Source: Octopus vulgaris | Lineage: Eukaryota | DNA: 64,000 bases | Assembly (NCBI GenBank): GCA_951406725.2 | Contig: OX597827.1 | Span: 63,612,001 to 63,676,000 of the forward strand | Direction: 5' to 3' | Shown here: piece by piece, positions 1 through 12,972 of the stretch | How the letters are laid out: every line of letters starts with the position of its first letter | Numbering within the stretch: position 1 is the first letter of the stretch | Made by a program: the position numbers and the translations under genes | The notes under the pieces: model-generated | The model's database searches: none | What the model was told of the DNA's origin: nothing | What the model saw: only the letters and a program-made list of their open reading frames with translations

Positions 1-240
1 ATGATCAGAGATGCACATATCGTTAGCCTCTAAGGGACATGCTCAACTGGTTAAGGTCAATCAACTGACAAGCAAATCTGTGGTTTTGAGCAGAATTTTT
101 GCTGTAGCCCATCTTTTATACCAAGACAAAACAATTGCACATGATAACACTTCCAATCAGTTAAGATCAGAAGCCACGAGAGCCACTGCCTGGTACTGCA
201 TCAGGTCATAGAGCCACTGCATCAGGGTATCTCATTATCA

Positions 241-249
241 TTATTATTA

Positions 250-320
<71 letters not shown>
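241..320. repeat. (ATT)n microsatellite
   Basis: Near-pure ATT run directly visible. Confidence 0.95.
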
Positions 321-321
<1 letters not shown>

Positions 322-647
322 TATGTTTGATTTTTGCTTTATGTTTGTACAAGTTGGCTCCAAGTCTCACCCAGAGACCTCAAGAGACAACAGGTTGGAA
401 GTTCACGTTGTTGTTATGCCTAGTGTGCCATATATTTGGGGGTTTTTGGTGTTGTACTAGTGAATGTCCAAAAAAAAACCAAAAAAAAACCCGAATTATG
501 TTTGTTTTAAACCCTGAGATTACATAGAAAGTATTTTGCATAGGATATGAGCAGTTCCCATGAGCACTATCTTTTGAATTTCTGCCATTTTGGGGTTCCC
601 TTGTATCTGAGTTAGGTAGCAATCAGCCCCTTTCGCTATCATTCCCA

Positions 648-648
<1 letters not shown>
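320..648 (-). mobile_element. 5'-truncated R4/Dong-like non-LTR retrotransposon (C-terminus of ORF plus 3' UTR), family 1
   Basis: Minus strand reads GMIAKGADCYLTQIQGNPKMAEIQKIVLMGTAHILCKILSM* (stop at 520-522). This fits the IGALG...IQK.VL.GTAHILRK C-terminus of restriction-like-endonuclease elements. Embedded in (TAA)n on both sides; near-identical copy at 48841-49178. Confidence 0.75.
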
Positions 649-702
<54 letters not shown>

Positions 703-704
703 GC

Positions 705-795
<91 letters not shown>

Positions 796-799
796 GTTA

Positions 800-876
<77 letters not shown>

Positions 877-886
877 TATTATTATT
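649..886. repeat. (ATT)n microsatellite
   Basis: Long ATT run; source of the poly-N and poly-L ORFs. Confidence 0.95.
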
Positions 887-1130
887 AAGCAAGCTAGAAG
901 AATTGTTAGCATGATGGGTACACTTCACAGCTGTGTTTCATTTGTCTTTATGCTCAAATTTCATCGAGGTCGACTTTATGAGTTCAAATTGCACCAGTGT
1001 CAACTCCTGCCTTTCATCTTTTTGGAGCCAATAAAACAAGTACCAGCTGAGCGCTGGGGGGTTTGATCTAATTGACTTACCCCTCTCCCCCGAAATTTGC
1101 TGGCCTTGTGCCAAAAATTTGAAATCAATA
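885..1130 (+). mobile_element. SINE family A, degenerate (tail type 2)
   Basis: gagttcaaatt B-box-like motif, gcctttcatc core and ggccttgtgccaaaaatttgaaa tail shared with many copies. Confidence 0.8.
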
Positions 1131-1188
1131 TTGTTGTTGCTACTGCTGCGCTTGATGTAACATAAGCGATGGTGGTGGTTTTTGTTGC

Positions 1189-1219
<31 letters not shown>

Positions 1220-1424
1220 GCGCAATCATTTTATATCAATTGATGATACTACGGGGAAACTCTGCTGCTGTTATTGTTATTATTGTTATCGTTGCCGATG
1301 TAGTGGGAGTGGTTATGGTAGTAGTGGTGATGGTGGCAATGGTGGTTGTCGTGGCGATGATGGTGGATGCGGTGTGGGTCAATAGAGATAGACTAGCTAA
1401 TAAATAAACCACTAAACCACCAAG

Positions 1425-1591
1425 ATATATATATATACATATATATACCTTTATATATATATACCTATGTATACATATATGTATATGTATATATATATGT
1501 ATGTATATGTATATGTATATATACACATTTATGTATGTGTGTGTGTATATATATATGTATGTATGTATATGTATATATACACATTTATATA

Positions 1592-1623
<32 letters not shown>

Positions 1624-1642
1624 GGTATACATATATATATAT

Positions 1643-1727
<85 letters not shown>

Positions 1728-1748
1728 CACATATATGTACATATATAT

Positions 1749-1813
<65 letters not shown>

Positions 1814-2144
1814 TATACATATAAATATTGCAGTGTTTTCATATCATTTATTCATATGTTCTTATTGAAGTCTTGTGGCCTTTCTTTTCTTTTTCAAATA
1901 AAAACCTATGTCAATAATATATATCTTCCACATACATACAGGATTTACGCACACGTTTTATATACGTGATGCAAATATACACATACATATATACACACGT
2001 ACGTAAGTTATATTTGCGTGTGTATGCGTTTCCATGCTCGTCTGTGTGCTTCCGTGCATGAGAAAATATGTATACATTCTCTCAGACTTATGCACCCCCC
2101 CACACACACACACATGTGTTTATCTCAATATCTACTTTGATATA

Positions 2145-2175
<31 letters not shown>

Positions 2176-2252
2176 GTCTATATACACATACATATATATA
2201 TATACATATATATATATATGTCTATATATACATATACATCAACACATATATC

Positions 2253-2283
<31 letters not shown>

Positions 2284-2290
2284 TATAATA
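1425..2290. repeat. compound (TA)n/(TG)n/(CA)n microsatellite tract
   Basis: Directly visible, with a short unique interruption at about 1825-2090. Confidence 0.9.
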
Positions 2291-2804
2291 ATAATAATAT
2301 TAGGGAGTAAATCCAAACTTACAGGGAAAAATTAGATTTAGGATTAAATCTAATTTTACAGTATAAATATAAATTAATTTGCCTAATAGTGGTTTTATCT
2401 CTAATTTAATTTATATATATATATATATAGGTACACACGCAAATATATATACACATATATACACATATACCCAAACACACACGCATATACATATATGTAT
2501 ATATATAGTATCAACCACATATTCTTAATGCATACGCTATGTGTATTTGCCAGTAGGCTGTGATCTGGTATGGTGGTGATAACTCTCTCAAAGTGCCGAG
2601 TGTTAAAACATGTGAAAGTCATGGACAGGTGAGATAACTCCCCCCCTAATCCCATCTAGGAGTGATGGACATCAATGCTTGACCATTTTTTGTGGCTTGT
2701 CGATGTCATGTACCTGAACACGATCAGAGGCGAATCATTTTACCTGTCCACGACTTATATGCACATAGCAGGCAACTCTCAGCATCACTAACAACACCAC
2801 TACC

Positions 2805-2942
2805 ACCATCACCGTAGCCACCACCACTACTAACACCATCACCGTAGCCACCACCACTACTAACACCATCACCGTAGCCACCACCACTACTAACACCATC
2901 ACCGTAGCCACCACCACTACTAACACCATCACCAGTACCACC
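2805..2942. repeat. 30-bp minisatellite (caccatcaccgtagccaccaccactactaa) x ~4.5
   Basis: Exact 30-bp periodicity across lines 2821-2940. Confidence 0.9.
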
Positions 2943-4177
2943 ACCGACACTACACTGTAACTACAAATGACCACTCTCCCAACCACTACAATCACCTCAC
3001 ACTAACAGCAACAGTAGCAGCAGCACCACCACCAACACAACCATCAACAACAAACCCCCCCCACTGCTATTACTCTAACACTACCACCAACACTCATACA
3101 CAACCATCACCACCATAGCAAACCACTACCACCACCACCACCACCAAAACCTCCACTTCAAGTAACACCACTACCACCATCACAACCATCAACACCAAAC
3201 TTCCCCCCTCCCACTGCTGTTCTGCTGTTTCTCTAACACTACCACCAACACTCACACACAACCATCATCACCATAGAAAACTAGTACCACCACCAACACC
3301 AACAGCAACAACATCAATAATAACAACCATTCAATTTGCCATCAATCATTATAATCAGCAGCGGCACCAGTCTCCCCACCACCACCCAACCATTGCCATC
3401 CCTAGCCTCCGTAAATCACCACTCAAGGGAGCCTTTATGCGGTCACTCCGACCAGCTGTTAGAAAACAGCAGCCAAAAATCTCCCTCCAATCTCTCACCA
3501 TGACCATCTCAAAAAAAGTCACACTGGAAAATAAAGCCTTGGATTCTGGGCACATGGAAAAAAAAATGAATAAAATAAAGCAGGATGGCCATGGCTGGAC
3601 TGCCTTTATTATGGGATCTGTTTGATCAAGGATAACCAAGGGCTTAACTACAGCTGCAACAATAAGCTGTTAATACTTTTGACCAGTCAATGAATGAATG
3701 AGCCTCTACATGGATTCTAGCTCTGCTAGAAATAGCAGGTGAATCTCCCTCCAGTTATTCAGTACTTTTTTTTAAAAAGTGTTCCTTGGACAATGGGCTT
3801 GTCCTGCATTTCTCAGCTAAGGAGTGGTCATGGGTGGCTCCTTGAATGGATGGATGGATGGAGTAGGTTGTCATAAGAAATTGCTGCTTGATCTGGACTT
3901 ATCTGGGGCTAAGCAACAACAAAGAACTTCACCACAACCATATCACCATCCACTCATTCATCATCCACAACCATCATCATCATCATTCTCTACCACCACC
4001 ACCACCACTGTCTTCATCACCCATCGTTATCATCATCATCATCATCATCATCATCATAATCATCATCATCATCCCTTTATAAATCAACACCACCAACACC
4101 ATGAACATTGTGTTGTATAAAAAATGTGTATGTATTTATATTATTTATAAATTATATATAAATTTTATATGTATATA

Positions 4178-4740
<563 letters not shown>

Positions 4741-5949
4741 ATGGATCAAGGTGGTGCACTCTGATGACTGGAACAAAAGGTAAAAGATATATATATATAT
4801 GTATATATGTATATGCACACATACACACACACATTATATATATATGTGTGTGTGTGTGTATGTGTATGTGTATAACTGTTAAATGACATGAGTGTATGTC
4901 TGTGTATGTATGCACAAACTCCTGTACCTATTCTTTGTTCTCACCTGTCTGTTTTCTTTCACCTGACAAACAGTCATCCCATCCCATAACCCCCTCCCCC
5001 TCCTCGCTTCTCAATCCCACTCCCCTCTCAATCCTCCCATTCTCCCAGGCAACATTGCACACCTGATGATCCTGTATGGACCTGAAGCAAAAGGTGGTGG
5101 TGGTGGTGGTGGTGGTGGTGGTGATGGAAGTAGAGGTGATAATAATAATGGTAGTGGGGGGTGGGGTGGAATGGAGTTAAGCCTGTGACTAGTAGTAGCA
5201 TTAGGGTGGTGATTATGATGATGGAGGTGATGGTGGTGATGGTGGTCATGATGATGGTGATGGTGGTAACGGCGATAGTGGTCATGGTGGTGACAATGCT
5301 GATAGCGGTGGTAGTGGTGGTGGTGGTGGTGGTGCTGGTGAGTAGCGTGGGCGGGTTTTGTAGGTGGGTGGGTACTAGTGTTGGAAGAAACATACATACG
5401 AATACACCTGCCAGGTTCCATGTCATGCCACTGCCACGCGCACGCGTGCCCAATCAGCACGTGCCACTCCACTGCCACCGCCACAACCACCACCACCACC
5501 ATGGTTGCTGCTGCCCCAAATGAAGACAAAAAAAAATAATAATAAATAGAAGCAAAAATGAAATTGCACCTACTGCTTCCATACCAACCCCTCGGTCAAA
5601 AATGTCTCCTTTCTTTTGGTATTTAGTTACAACCCTTTTCATTCTCATTCCCTGAGTTCTATTTTCCACCAAGGTCAACTTTTACCTTTTATCCTTTTGC
5701 ACCAGACCAGACCAGACTGGTTGTACTTGATAAAATAAAGTTATAAAGTTCGAGACAAAGTACCTGGGTTGATTGATATAACCACTTGTTAATCCCACCC
5801 ATGCCTGCCACTTGCTAAAAAAAATCAATAGTCAAGTTACTCATTGATGGACACCGCTGATTAATATCCAACTTTCAAACAACCCACTCTTGTTTGTCTG
5901 CACTGGACACCTGGATGAATAAATAAACAGCACTATGGGTCTTTTTATC

Positions 5950-6140
5950 TTTCACTTGTTTCAGTCATCAGACTGTGGCCATGCTGGAGCACCACCTGGA
6001 AGGGTTTTCCTTGGTCGAGCGAACTGATCCAAGGACTTATGTTTCAAAACCTGTTACTTAATCTAACGATCTCTTTTCGCCTGAACTTCTGAGTTACAGC
6101 GGACGTAAACACACCAACACCGGTTGTCAAGCGAAGGCGG
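5950..6140 (-). mobile_element. SINE family B, 3' half
   Basis: cttgtttcagtca...ggccatgctggagcacc...ggttgtcaagc blocks. Confidence 0.8.
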
Positions 6141-6147
6141 GGGGGGG

Positions 6148-6189
<42 letters not shown>

Positions 6190-6421
6190 TGCAATGGTTT
6201 CAATCAGACCCAAAGGTATCAGGTAATGCTGAGTAAGTGCAATGGAGAGATTATAGTTAAGCTCCAGGTTTGGTGATTATGCAAATGAGGAGTCCAACGT
6301 AGGTCATATATTAGCATGTGTATATACATAGGGATCACAATCATAAGGTAGTAAGTTCGATTCTCAGACCGGACTGCATGTTGCGTTCTTGAGCAAGACA
6401 CTTTATTTCACGTTGCTCCAA

Positions 6422-6575
6422 TTTAGTCGAGGCAAATCGACCCCAGGACTTATACTTTGTAAGCATTAGTACTTATTCTATTGGTCTCTTTTTGCCGAAC
6501 TGCTAAGTTACGGAGACCTAACACACCAGCATCGGTTGTCAAGCAGAGGCAGGGGAGGAGCAGAAACACAGATAT

Positions 6576-6608
<33 letters not shown>

Positions 6609-6772
6609 CGACAGGCTTCTTTCAGTTTCCATCTACCAAATCCACTCACAAGGCTTTGGTCGGCCCGAGGCTATAGTAGAAGACACTTGCCCAAGGTGCC
6701 ACGCAGTAGGATTGAACACAGACCATGTGGTTGGTAAGCAAGCTATTTACCACACAGCCACTCCTATGCCTA
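6422..6772 (-). mobile_element. SINE family B
   Basis: Matches 4178-4582 over most of its length. Confidence 0.88.
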
Positions 6773-6864
6773 TATTAGTTATACTTCTACAATACACAAA
6801 ATATCCTAATAATTATTGGATAGATGCATGTGTGGGTTTTCTTCTATTTTCAATTTGTTGAAGT

Positions 6865-7135
6865 CTTCTTGTAAGGGAGCAGCTGGTTTCTAACAAAGAC
6901 ATAAAGCTCCGTCATTGGAATGCTGATAACAAACTACAATGTTGCATTTTAAACTTGAGAAAAGTATTACATACAATTACTGTTTCCCCTTTTTAGACTG
7001 TATTTGCCATGTGTGAGTAAACCAGTTGATTTCCTATTCTGAAAACCCCTACCTTTTCCAGGTTGTCACCTAGTGTACCAATTATTATTGGTACAAATGT
7101 GAATTTATTATCTGAGTATAGAAGGCAAAAGTTTT
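6865..7135 (-). mobile_element. degenerate 3' end of an RLE-type (R4-like) non-LTR retrotransposon, family 2
   Basis: Minus strand reads LLYSDNKFTFVPIIIGTLG, then after frameshifts QIQS..ETVIVCNTF/LKF. Its 3' UTR motif ctttgttagaaaccagct is shared with 57110-57430. Confidence 0.55.
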
Positions 7136-7562
7136 GAAACAATTATTTGTTGAATGTGTGTGCGTGCATGCATGTATGTGCATGTGTATGTGTGCATCTG
7201 TGTGTGCATGTGTATATGCGTAGAGAGCTTGCCTAAACAGGGGTTGTCTAAATCTACAACCTCATTATAACAACAACAGAATTTTTCTGTACTTTTTTTC
7301 TTAGACAGTAATCTGTAATCTTCTCAATTATAATCTTTAATCTTAATCCTTAATCTCTTTTTAAACACCTAAATTCACTTTTTTTTTACTAATTTAGTTA
7401 TTATTAATTACTTTGTTTGAAAACACACACACATGCATGCAAAATCACATTACACACACATATATACATATATATATATATAGGTGCAGGAGTGGCTGCG
7501 TGGTGAGAAGCTTGCTTCCTAGCCACATGGTTACGGATTCAGTCTATAAATAAATATATATG

Positions 7563-7607
<45 letters not shown>

Positions 7608-7716
7608 TGGATGTATCATAAGTAAAGCAGCCATTTGCATTATGCTTGTGTTTAAATGCTGTCTTGTTGCTAAGGGGACAGGTGCAAGTGCTAACGATTC
7701 AGCCAGCTCACCACCC

Positions 7717-7768
<52 letters not shown>

Positions 7769-7777
7769 TTCTGCTAA

Positions 7778-7955
7778 AGCACAAAGCCTGAAATTATGTG
7801 GGGGAAGGTAGTTGTTGATTACATTGACTCCAATGTTTGACTGGTACTTACTGTAATTGACCCCCGAAAGGGTGAAAGTTGAAGTTGACCTTGGTAGGAT
7901 TTGAACTCAGAGATTGCTAAGTATTCTGCCTGGCATGCTAACAACTCTGCCAATT
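7778..7955 (-). mobile_element. SINE family A (tail type 2)
   Basis: Reverse-complement core gaccccgaaag..tgaa...gacc..gg...atttgaactcag; abuts (AAT)n. Confidence 0.8.
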
Positions 7956-8042
7956 TCCTGATTTAATATTGATTTCTTTATTAACTGCAAGGGTTTACAT
8001 GAAGAAAAACGTGGACAGCACAGGACAAAACAAAAAAAATGA

Positions 8043-8077
<35 letters not shown>

Positions 8078-8276
8078 AGGCCAGGAAGTTCGGGGGCAGG
8101 GGTATAAGTCAATTAGATCTTTATTATGCTGCCACACTACAGTGTGAAGCTGGTATTGGTCTGATTGAGAACTGCTAAGCTGCAAGGTACAGGGTTAGCT
8201 TGATCTGCTATAAAATGCAGCCAAATTGCACCCAAATGACATCACACCGTCTTTGTGAAATATTGATGGATCTGTT

Positions 8277-8710
8277 AAGGCAGTGAGCTGGCAGAAACGT
8301 TAGCATGCCGGGCAAAATGCCTAGTGGTATTTTGTCTACCATTACATTCTGAGTTCAAATTTTGCCAAGGTTGACTTTACCTTTCATCCTTTCGGGGGTC
8401 GAAAAATTAAGTACCAGTTACGCACTGGGGTCGATGTAATCGACTTAATCCCTTTATCTGTCCTTGTTTGTCCCCTCTATGTTTAGCCCCTTGTGAACAA
8501 TAAAGAAATAAGAAACGTTAGCACACCAGGTGAAATGCTTAGCGGTATTTCACCTGTCTTTACATTTTGAGTTCAAATTCCGCTGAGGTCGACTTTTGCT
8601 TTCCATCATTTTGGGGCTGATAAATTAAGTACCGGTTGCATACTGGGGTTGATGTAATTGACTGGCCACCTCCCCCAAAATTTCTGGCCTTGTGCCTAGA
8701 GTAGAAAAGA
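8277..8710 (+). mobile_element. SINE family A dimer (tail 1 monomer + tail 2 monomer)
   Basis: Two tandem units; flanked by direct repeat attgatggatc at 8262-8272 and 8711-8721. Confidence 0.88.
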
Positions 8711-9589
8711 ATTGATGGATCCATTGGATAAGTTTGTCCTGTAAGGAGTATAAAGATGGGAAGGTCACAATTGGAATGTCATTGGCTTTGATTGTCATAG
8801 GTGTGTCAACTGAATCAAGGATTACCTGGGCATACATTAACCCCTTAGCATTTAAACTGGCCATATCAGGACCGTGTATTCAACATGGTTTATGTTCAAA
8901 GCAGCCAGATCAGGCCTTTCACACCTGCGCTACAATGTTGTCCTCAAAATAAACAGTCATGTCATTGAAACCTTGAAGCTGCAAGAGAATGTGTGATTAA
9001 ATAAGAATCGTATTTGACAAGGAAATCTGAACAGCAAAGGGTTAAAAGCAACAAGAAGCACAACAACAGTGACAACATCATCCCCAACAAGAAGAACAAC
9101 AGTGGCAGCTGAAACAAGAAGAATGAATGACCCCCCCTCTCTCTCAGTCTCTCTCCCTCCCTCTCACTTTCTCCCTCTTCCCCTCTCCCCCTCTATCTCT
9201 CTCCCTTTCTTCTTCTTTCTCTCCTCAAGGTGTAGCGGTGTATTAGAAAGATGATTTGGGTTTAGAAGATTTTGGCTGCATAAGGTTCAGAAGTGGGGTG
9301 GGGGGTGAGGTGGGGTGAGAAGGGGGCAGATATTGAGTAAGAGTAAGAGGAAGAGAGGAGAGAAAGGGGCAGGGGAGAGGTAGCAAGAAAGAGAGATGTG
9401 TGTGTATAAGTGTGTATTTAAAATAGATGGACTTAGACAGCAAGTGATTTTAAGAAAATAAGATACAAATACACACACACACATATATATATATGCACAT
9501 ATACATAGATACACACACACACATATATATACATGCACACATATATATGTACACACATGCATACATACATACATACATACATACATACA

Positions 9590-9635
<46 letters not shown>

Positions 9636-10099
9636 CACACACACATACATATATACATATGCATACACACACACATATACACACATACATACATGCATAC
9701 ATATACACACACACACACACAGAGAAGAAAAGAGGGAGAGAGACAGAGAAACAGAGAGGGAGAGAGGTAAATATGATGTATGACGAGAGGAAGGCAGCAG
9801 GCCATTGTGAAGGAGATTAAAGGAATAAAATGTTTGCGCCTGTCAGTCAGTAGGGCATGGCTGGAGGTGGCTTAGGTGTATATTTAGGGAGGAGAAAATA
9901 AGTGGTGGGAGTGGTGCTGGTGGTGATAGATGGGTGGGTGAGTGGGGAAAGGTGTGTGAAGTCTATGACAAAGGACGAAAAAAAAAAAAATTCAGTGCTG
10001 TTGTTCAGCTCAGGTAAACACTGATGAAGTAGGCCTATGATCAAAGATGTTCCAACCATGACCATCCTGTCTGTGTCTGCAGGTGTCTGTGTGTGTGTG

Positions 10100-10385
10100 T
10101 ATCATCATCATCATTGTTTAGCGTCCATTTCCCAAGCTGGTATGGGTTGGACGGTTTGATTGAGGACTGGCACACCAGTAGGCTGCACCAGGCTCCAATC
10201 TGATCTGGCAAGGTTGCTATAGCTTGATGCCCTTCCTAACACCAGTCACTCCGAGAGTGTAGTGGGTACTTTTTATGTACCACCAGCACAGGAGCCATTT
10301 GGGGGGCACTGGCATTGACCATGTACAGATGGTGCTTTTTACGTGCCACCAGCATGGGAGCCAGTCAGAGGGCATTGACCAGCAC
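10100..10385 (-). mobile_element. family D element (66-bp internal repeats, (GAT)n tail)
   Basis: gatgcccttcctaac...cactccgagagtgtagtgggt block shared with 47290-47697, 54312-54805 and 61893-62280. Confidence 0.8.
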
Positions 10386-10402
10386 TAATGTATATATACA
10401 TA

Positions 10403-11060
10403 CGGGGGTTGGACAAAATAATGGAAGCACCTTAAAATTTCAAACAATATGGAGTAAGACTGCCTTTTTGGCAGTAATTACAGTTTGAATTCTCTGAGGT
10501 ATGGACTTGTACAAAGTTTGAAATGTTTCCAAAGGAACTTTTGTCCATTCTTCAGTTAAAACATTTTCCAGTTCTTGAAGTGATAATAGTTGAGGATATC
10601 GGCTCCTTACTTATTTTTCTAAAATGCACCATAAATGTTCAATAATATTGAGATCTGGGGACTGTGGTGGCCAGATAAGATGTTCAACTTCACTAGTACG
10701 TTCCTTGTACCATTCAGTAACAACTTTAGCTGTATGAATTGGTGCATTATCATCCTGAAAGATTGTGCTCGCTTGCGGAAATAGTTCTGCAACCATAGGA
10801 TGAATTTGATCAGATAAAATGCTTAAATAGTCTTGACTATTAATTCTACCATGAAGGGAAACCATTAGGCTGGCGGATTTCCAAGATATAGCGCCCCAGA
10901 TCATCACACATCCTGCTCCGTGTTTAACAGTTAGAAGAAGGCAGTCTGGGTCAAATGCTTCTTTTGGCTAATTTCACATGTATACTCGGCCGGTGGTCAG
11001 AAATAAGGTAAAGGATGACTCATCCGTGAACATAACATTCTTCCACTGCTCTAGGGACCA
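10403..11060 (-). mobile_element. Tc1-like DNA transposon remnant (3' half with one TIR)
   Basis: TA followed by cgggggttggacaaaataatggaagcacc terminus at 10403-10430, inside a (TA)n run. The transposase catalytic region follows; the 5' part is missing where SINE fragments begin. Confidence 0.88.
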
Positions 11061-11062
11061 AT
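10445..11062 (-). pseudogene. Tc1 transposase pseudogene, DDE domain (DD36E spacing)
   Basis: One frame reads WSLEQWKNVMFTDESSF..RVYM*N*PKEAFDPDCLLLTVKHGAGCVMIWGAISW..FQDDNAPIH..WPPQSPDLNIIEHLW..EK*VRSRYP..EEWTKVP..LYKSIPQRIQTVI, with three in-frame stops. Confidence 0.92.
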
Positions 11063-11216
11063 AGGGCAATAGTGGAAGACAATTGTCCATGCTGTCACAC
11101 AATGGGATTGAACCCAGAACCAGGTGTTTGGGAAACAAGCTTCTTACAACACAGCTATATATATATATATATATATGTACACACACACACACATGCACAC
11201 ACACACACATACACAG

Positions 11217-11611
11217 AGGCACGGTTGTGCGGCGAGCTGGCAGAATCGTTAGCACTCCGGGCGAAATGCTTAGCAGTATTTCGTCTGCCGCTACGTTCTG
11301 AGTTCAAATTCCGCCAAGGTCGACTTTGCCTTTCATCCTTTCGGGGTCGATAAAATTAAGTACCAGTTGCTCACTGGGATCGATATAATCGACTTAATCC
11401 GTTTGTCTGTCCTTGATTGTCCCCTCTGTGTTTAGCCCCTTGTGGGTAATAAAGAAATAGGTTGTGTGGTAAGAAGCTTGCTTCCCAACCACATGGTTCC
11501 AGGTTCAGTCCCACTGTGTAGCACCTTGGGCAAGTGTCTTCTACTATAGCCTTGACCTGACCAAAGCCTTGTGAGTGGATTTGGTAGACAGAAACTGAAA
11601 GAAACCTGTTG

Positions 11612-11650
<39 letters not shown>

Positions 11651-11878
11651 CTGTCTGTCTGTGTGTGTCTTTGTGTCTGCGTTTGTCCCCACCATCATTG
11701 CTTGACGACCAGTGTTGGTGTATTTACATCCCTGTAACTTAGAAGTGCAACAAAAATTTCCAATAGAATAAGTACTAGGCTTAGAAACAAGTCCTAGGGT
11801 TAAATTGCTTGACAGAAACACTTTGAGGCAGTGCACCAGCATGGCCACAATGAAACGACTGAAACAAGTAAAAGAAAG
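11217..11878 (+). mobile_element. SINE family B with a family A copy (11230-11459) nested in its head
   Basis: The B head is interrupted by a full A copy; ggttgtg is repeated at 11223-11229 and 11460-11466. Confidence 0.85.
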
Positions 11879-12333
11879 ATTATCATAGAGTTCCATAACA
11901 CGAAATGCATTTTCTTTCTGACCTCTATCCAATGTGGAGATCACCAGAAAAAAAATTGATTTTGCATTAAGGAACTCCATGTCATGTCTAGATTATCAGA
12001 AGTGCAATGTTTTCATTGCATAATCCGTCTTTTCCCCTTTGATATTTTTATTTGGGGAAGTTTGTTGATTTCTTGTGATTATCTCTGCTTCTCATTCGCT
12101 CTCAGAAGCAATTTCCTCTAGATATATTTGCTTACTTTCACTTCTTGGAGCGAAGATGGCTTCAGCAAATCAAGGATTCGTTTCTAGTGGTATTTCGCAT
12201 AATTTTCTTTATCCTTGTTGTTCAAATTCACATCATTGACCACTCTGAGCGATTTCTCTTAGCTCGTTTCTATCATGCATGTGTGTATGTGCGTATATAT
12301 GTGTGTATATGTATGTGTATATATATATATATA

Positions 12334-12423
12334 TACAAAATTTAGAGGACAGACCACTAAAAGTGAACGGTCTATATCTATATAGGCTGTCCACTTTTAG
12401 TGGTCAGTCCTCTAAATTTTGTA
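12334..12423. mobile_element. ~90-bp palindromic MITE-like fold-back next to (TA)n
   Basis: tacaaaatttagaggacagaccactaaaagtg... and ...cacttttagtggtcagtcctctaaattttgta are near-perfect inverted arms ending in TA. Confidence 0.7.
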
Positions 12424-12521
12424 TGTAAAAAAATTTTTAATCTTCGGATTTTTTAAAAATATGCTAGGCCTCTGGTTTTAATTGATTAATATCAATTTCT
12501 ATATATATATATGTATATATA

Positions 12522-12556
<35 letters not shown>

Positions 12557-12575
12557 TAATATATATATATACATG

Positions 12576-12609
<34 letters not shown>

Positions 12610-12629
12610 TAGATATCTTTAGCTGTGGT

Positions 12630-12840
12630 AGAGGACAAACACAGACTTAAAGACACACACTCACACACAAACACACACACAACTGACTTCTTACAGTTTC
12701 TATCTACCAAATCCACTCATAAGGCTTTGGTCAGCTTGAGGCTATAGCAGAAGACACTTGCCCAAGGGGCTACACAGTGGGCCTGAATCTGGAACCATGT
12801 GGTTGGGAAGCTATCTTCTTACCATTCAGCCATACCTGCA

Positions 12841-12842
<2 letters not shown>
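12630..12842 (-). mobile_element. SINE family B, 5' half
   Basis: ctaccaaatccactca...gaagacacttgcccaagg...ggaaccatgtggttgg. Confidence 0.82.
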
Positions 12843-12878
<36 letters not shown>

Positions 12879-12919
12879 TATATATATGCATATATATATG
12901 TATTCATGCACACACAGAC

Positions 12920-12972
<53 letters not shown>

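Noticed and set aside
520-2310. Long ORFs rich in N, L, I, Y (e.g. 520-912, 701-1066, 1236-1820)
   Set aside because: These are translations of (ATT)n and (TA)n microsatellites; only the last ~40 codons of 520-912 are real retroelement sequence.
11881-12270. Continuation of the Tc1 element beyond the SINE block
   Set aside because: No transposase N-terminal motifs or second TIR could be found by eye.
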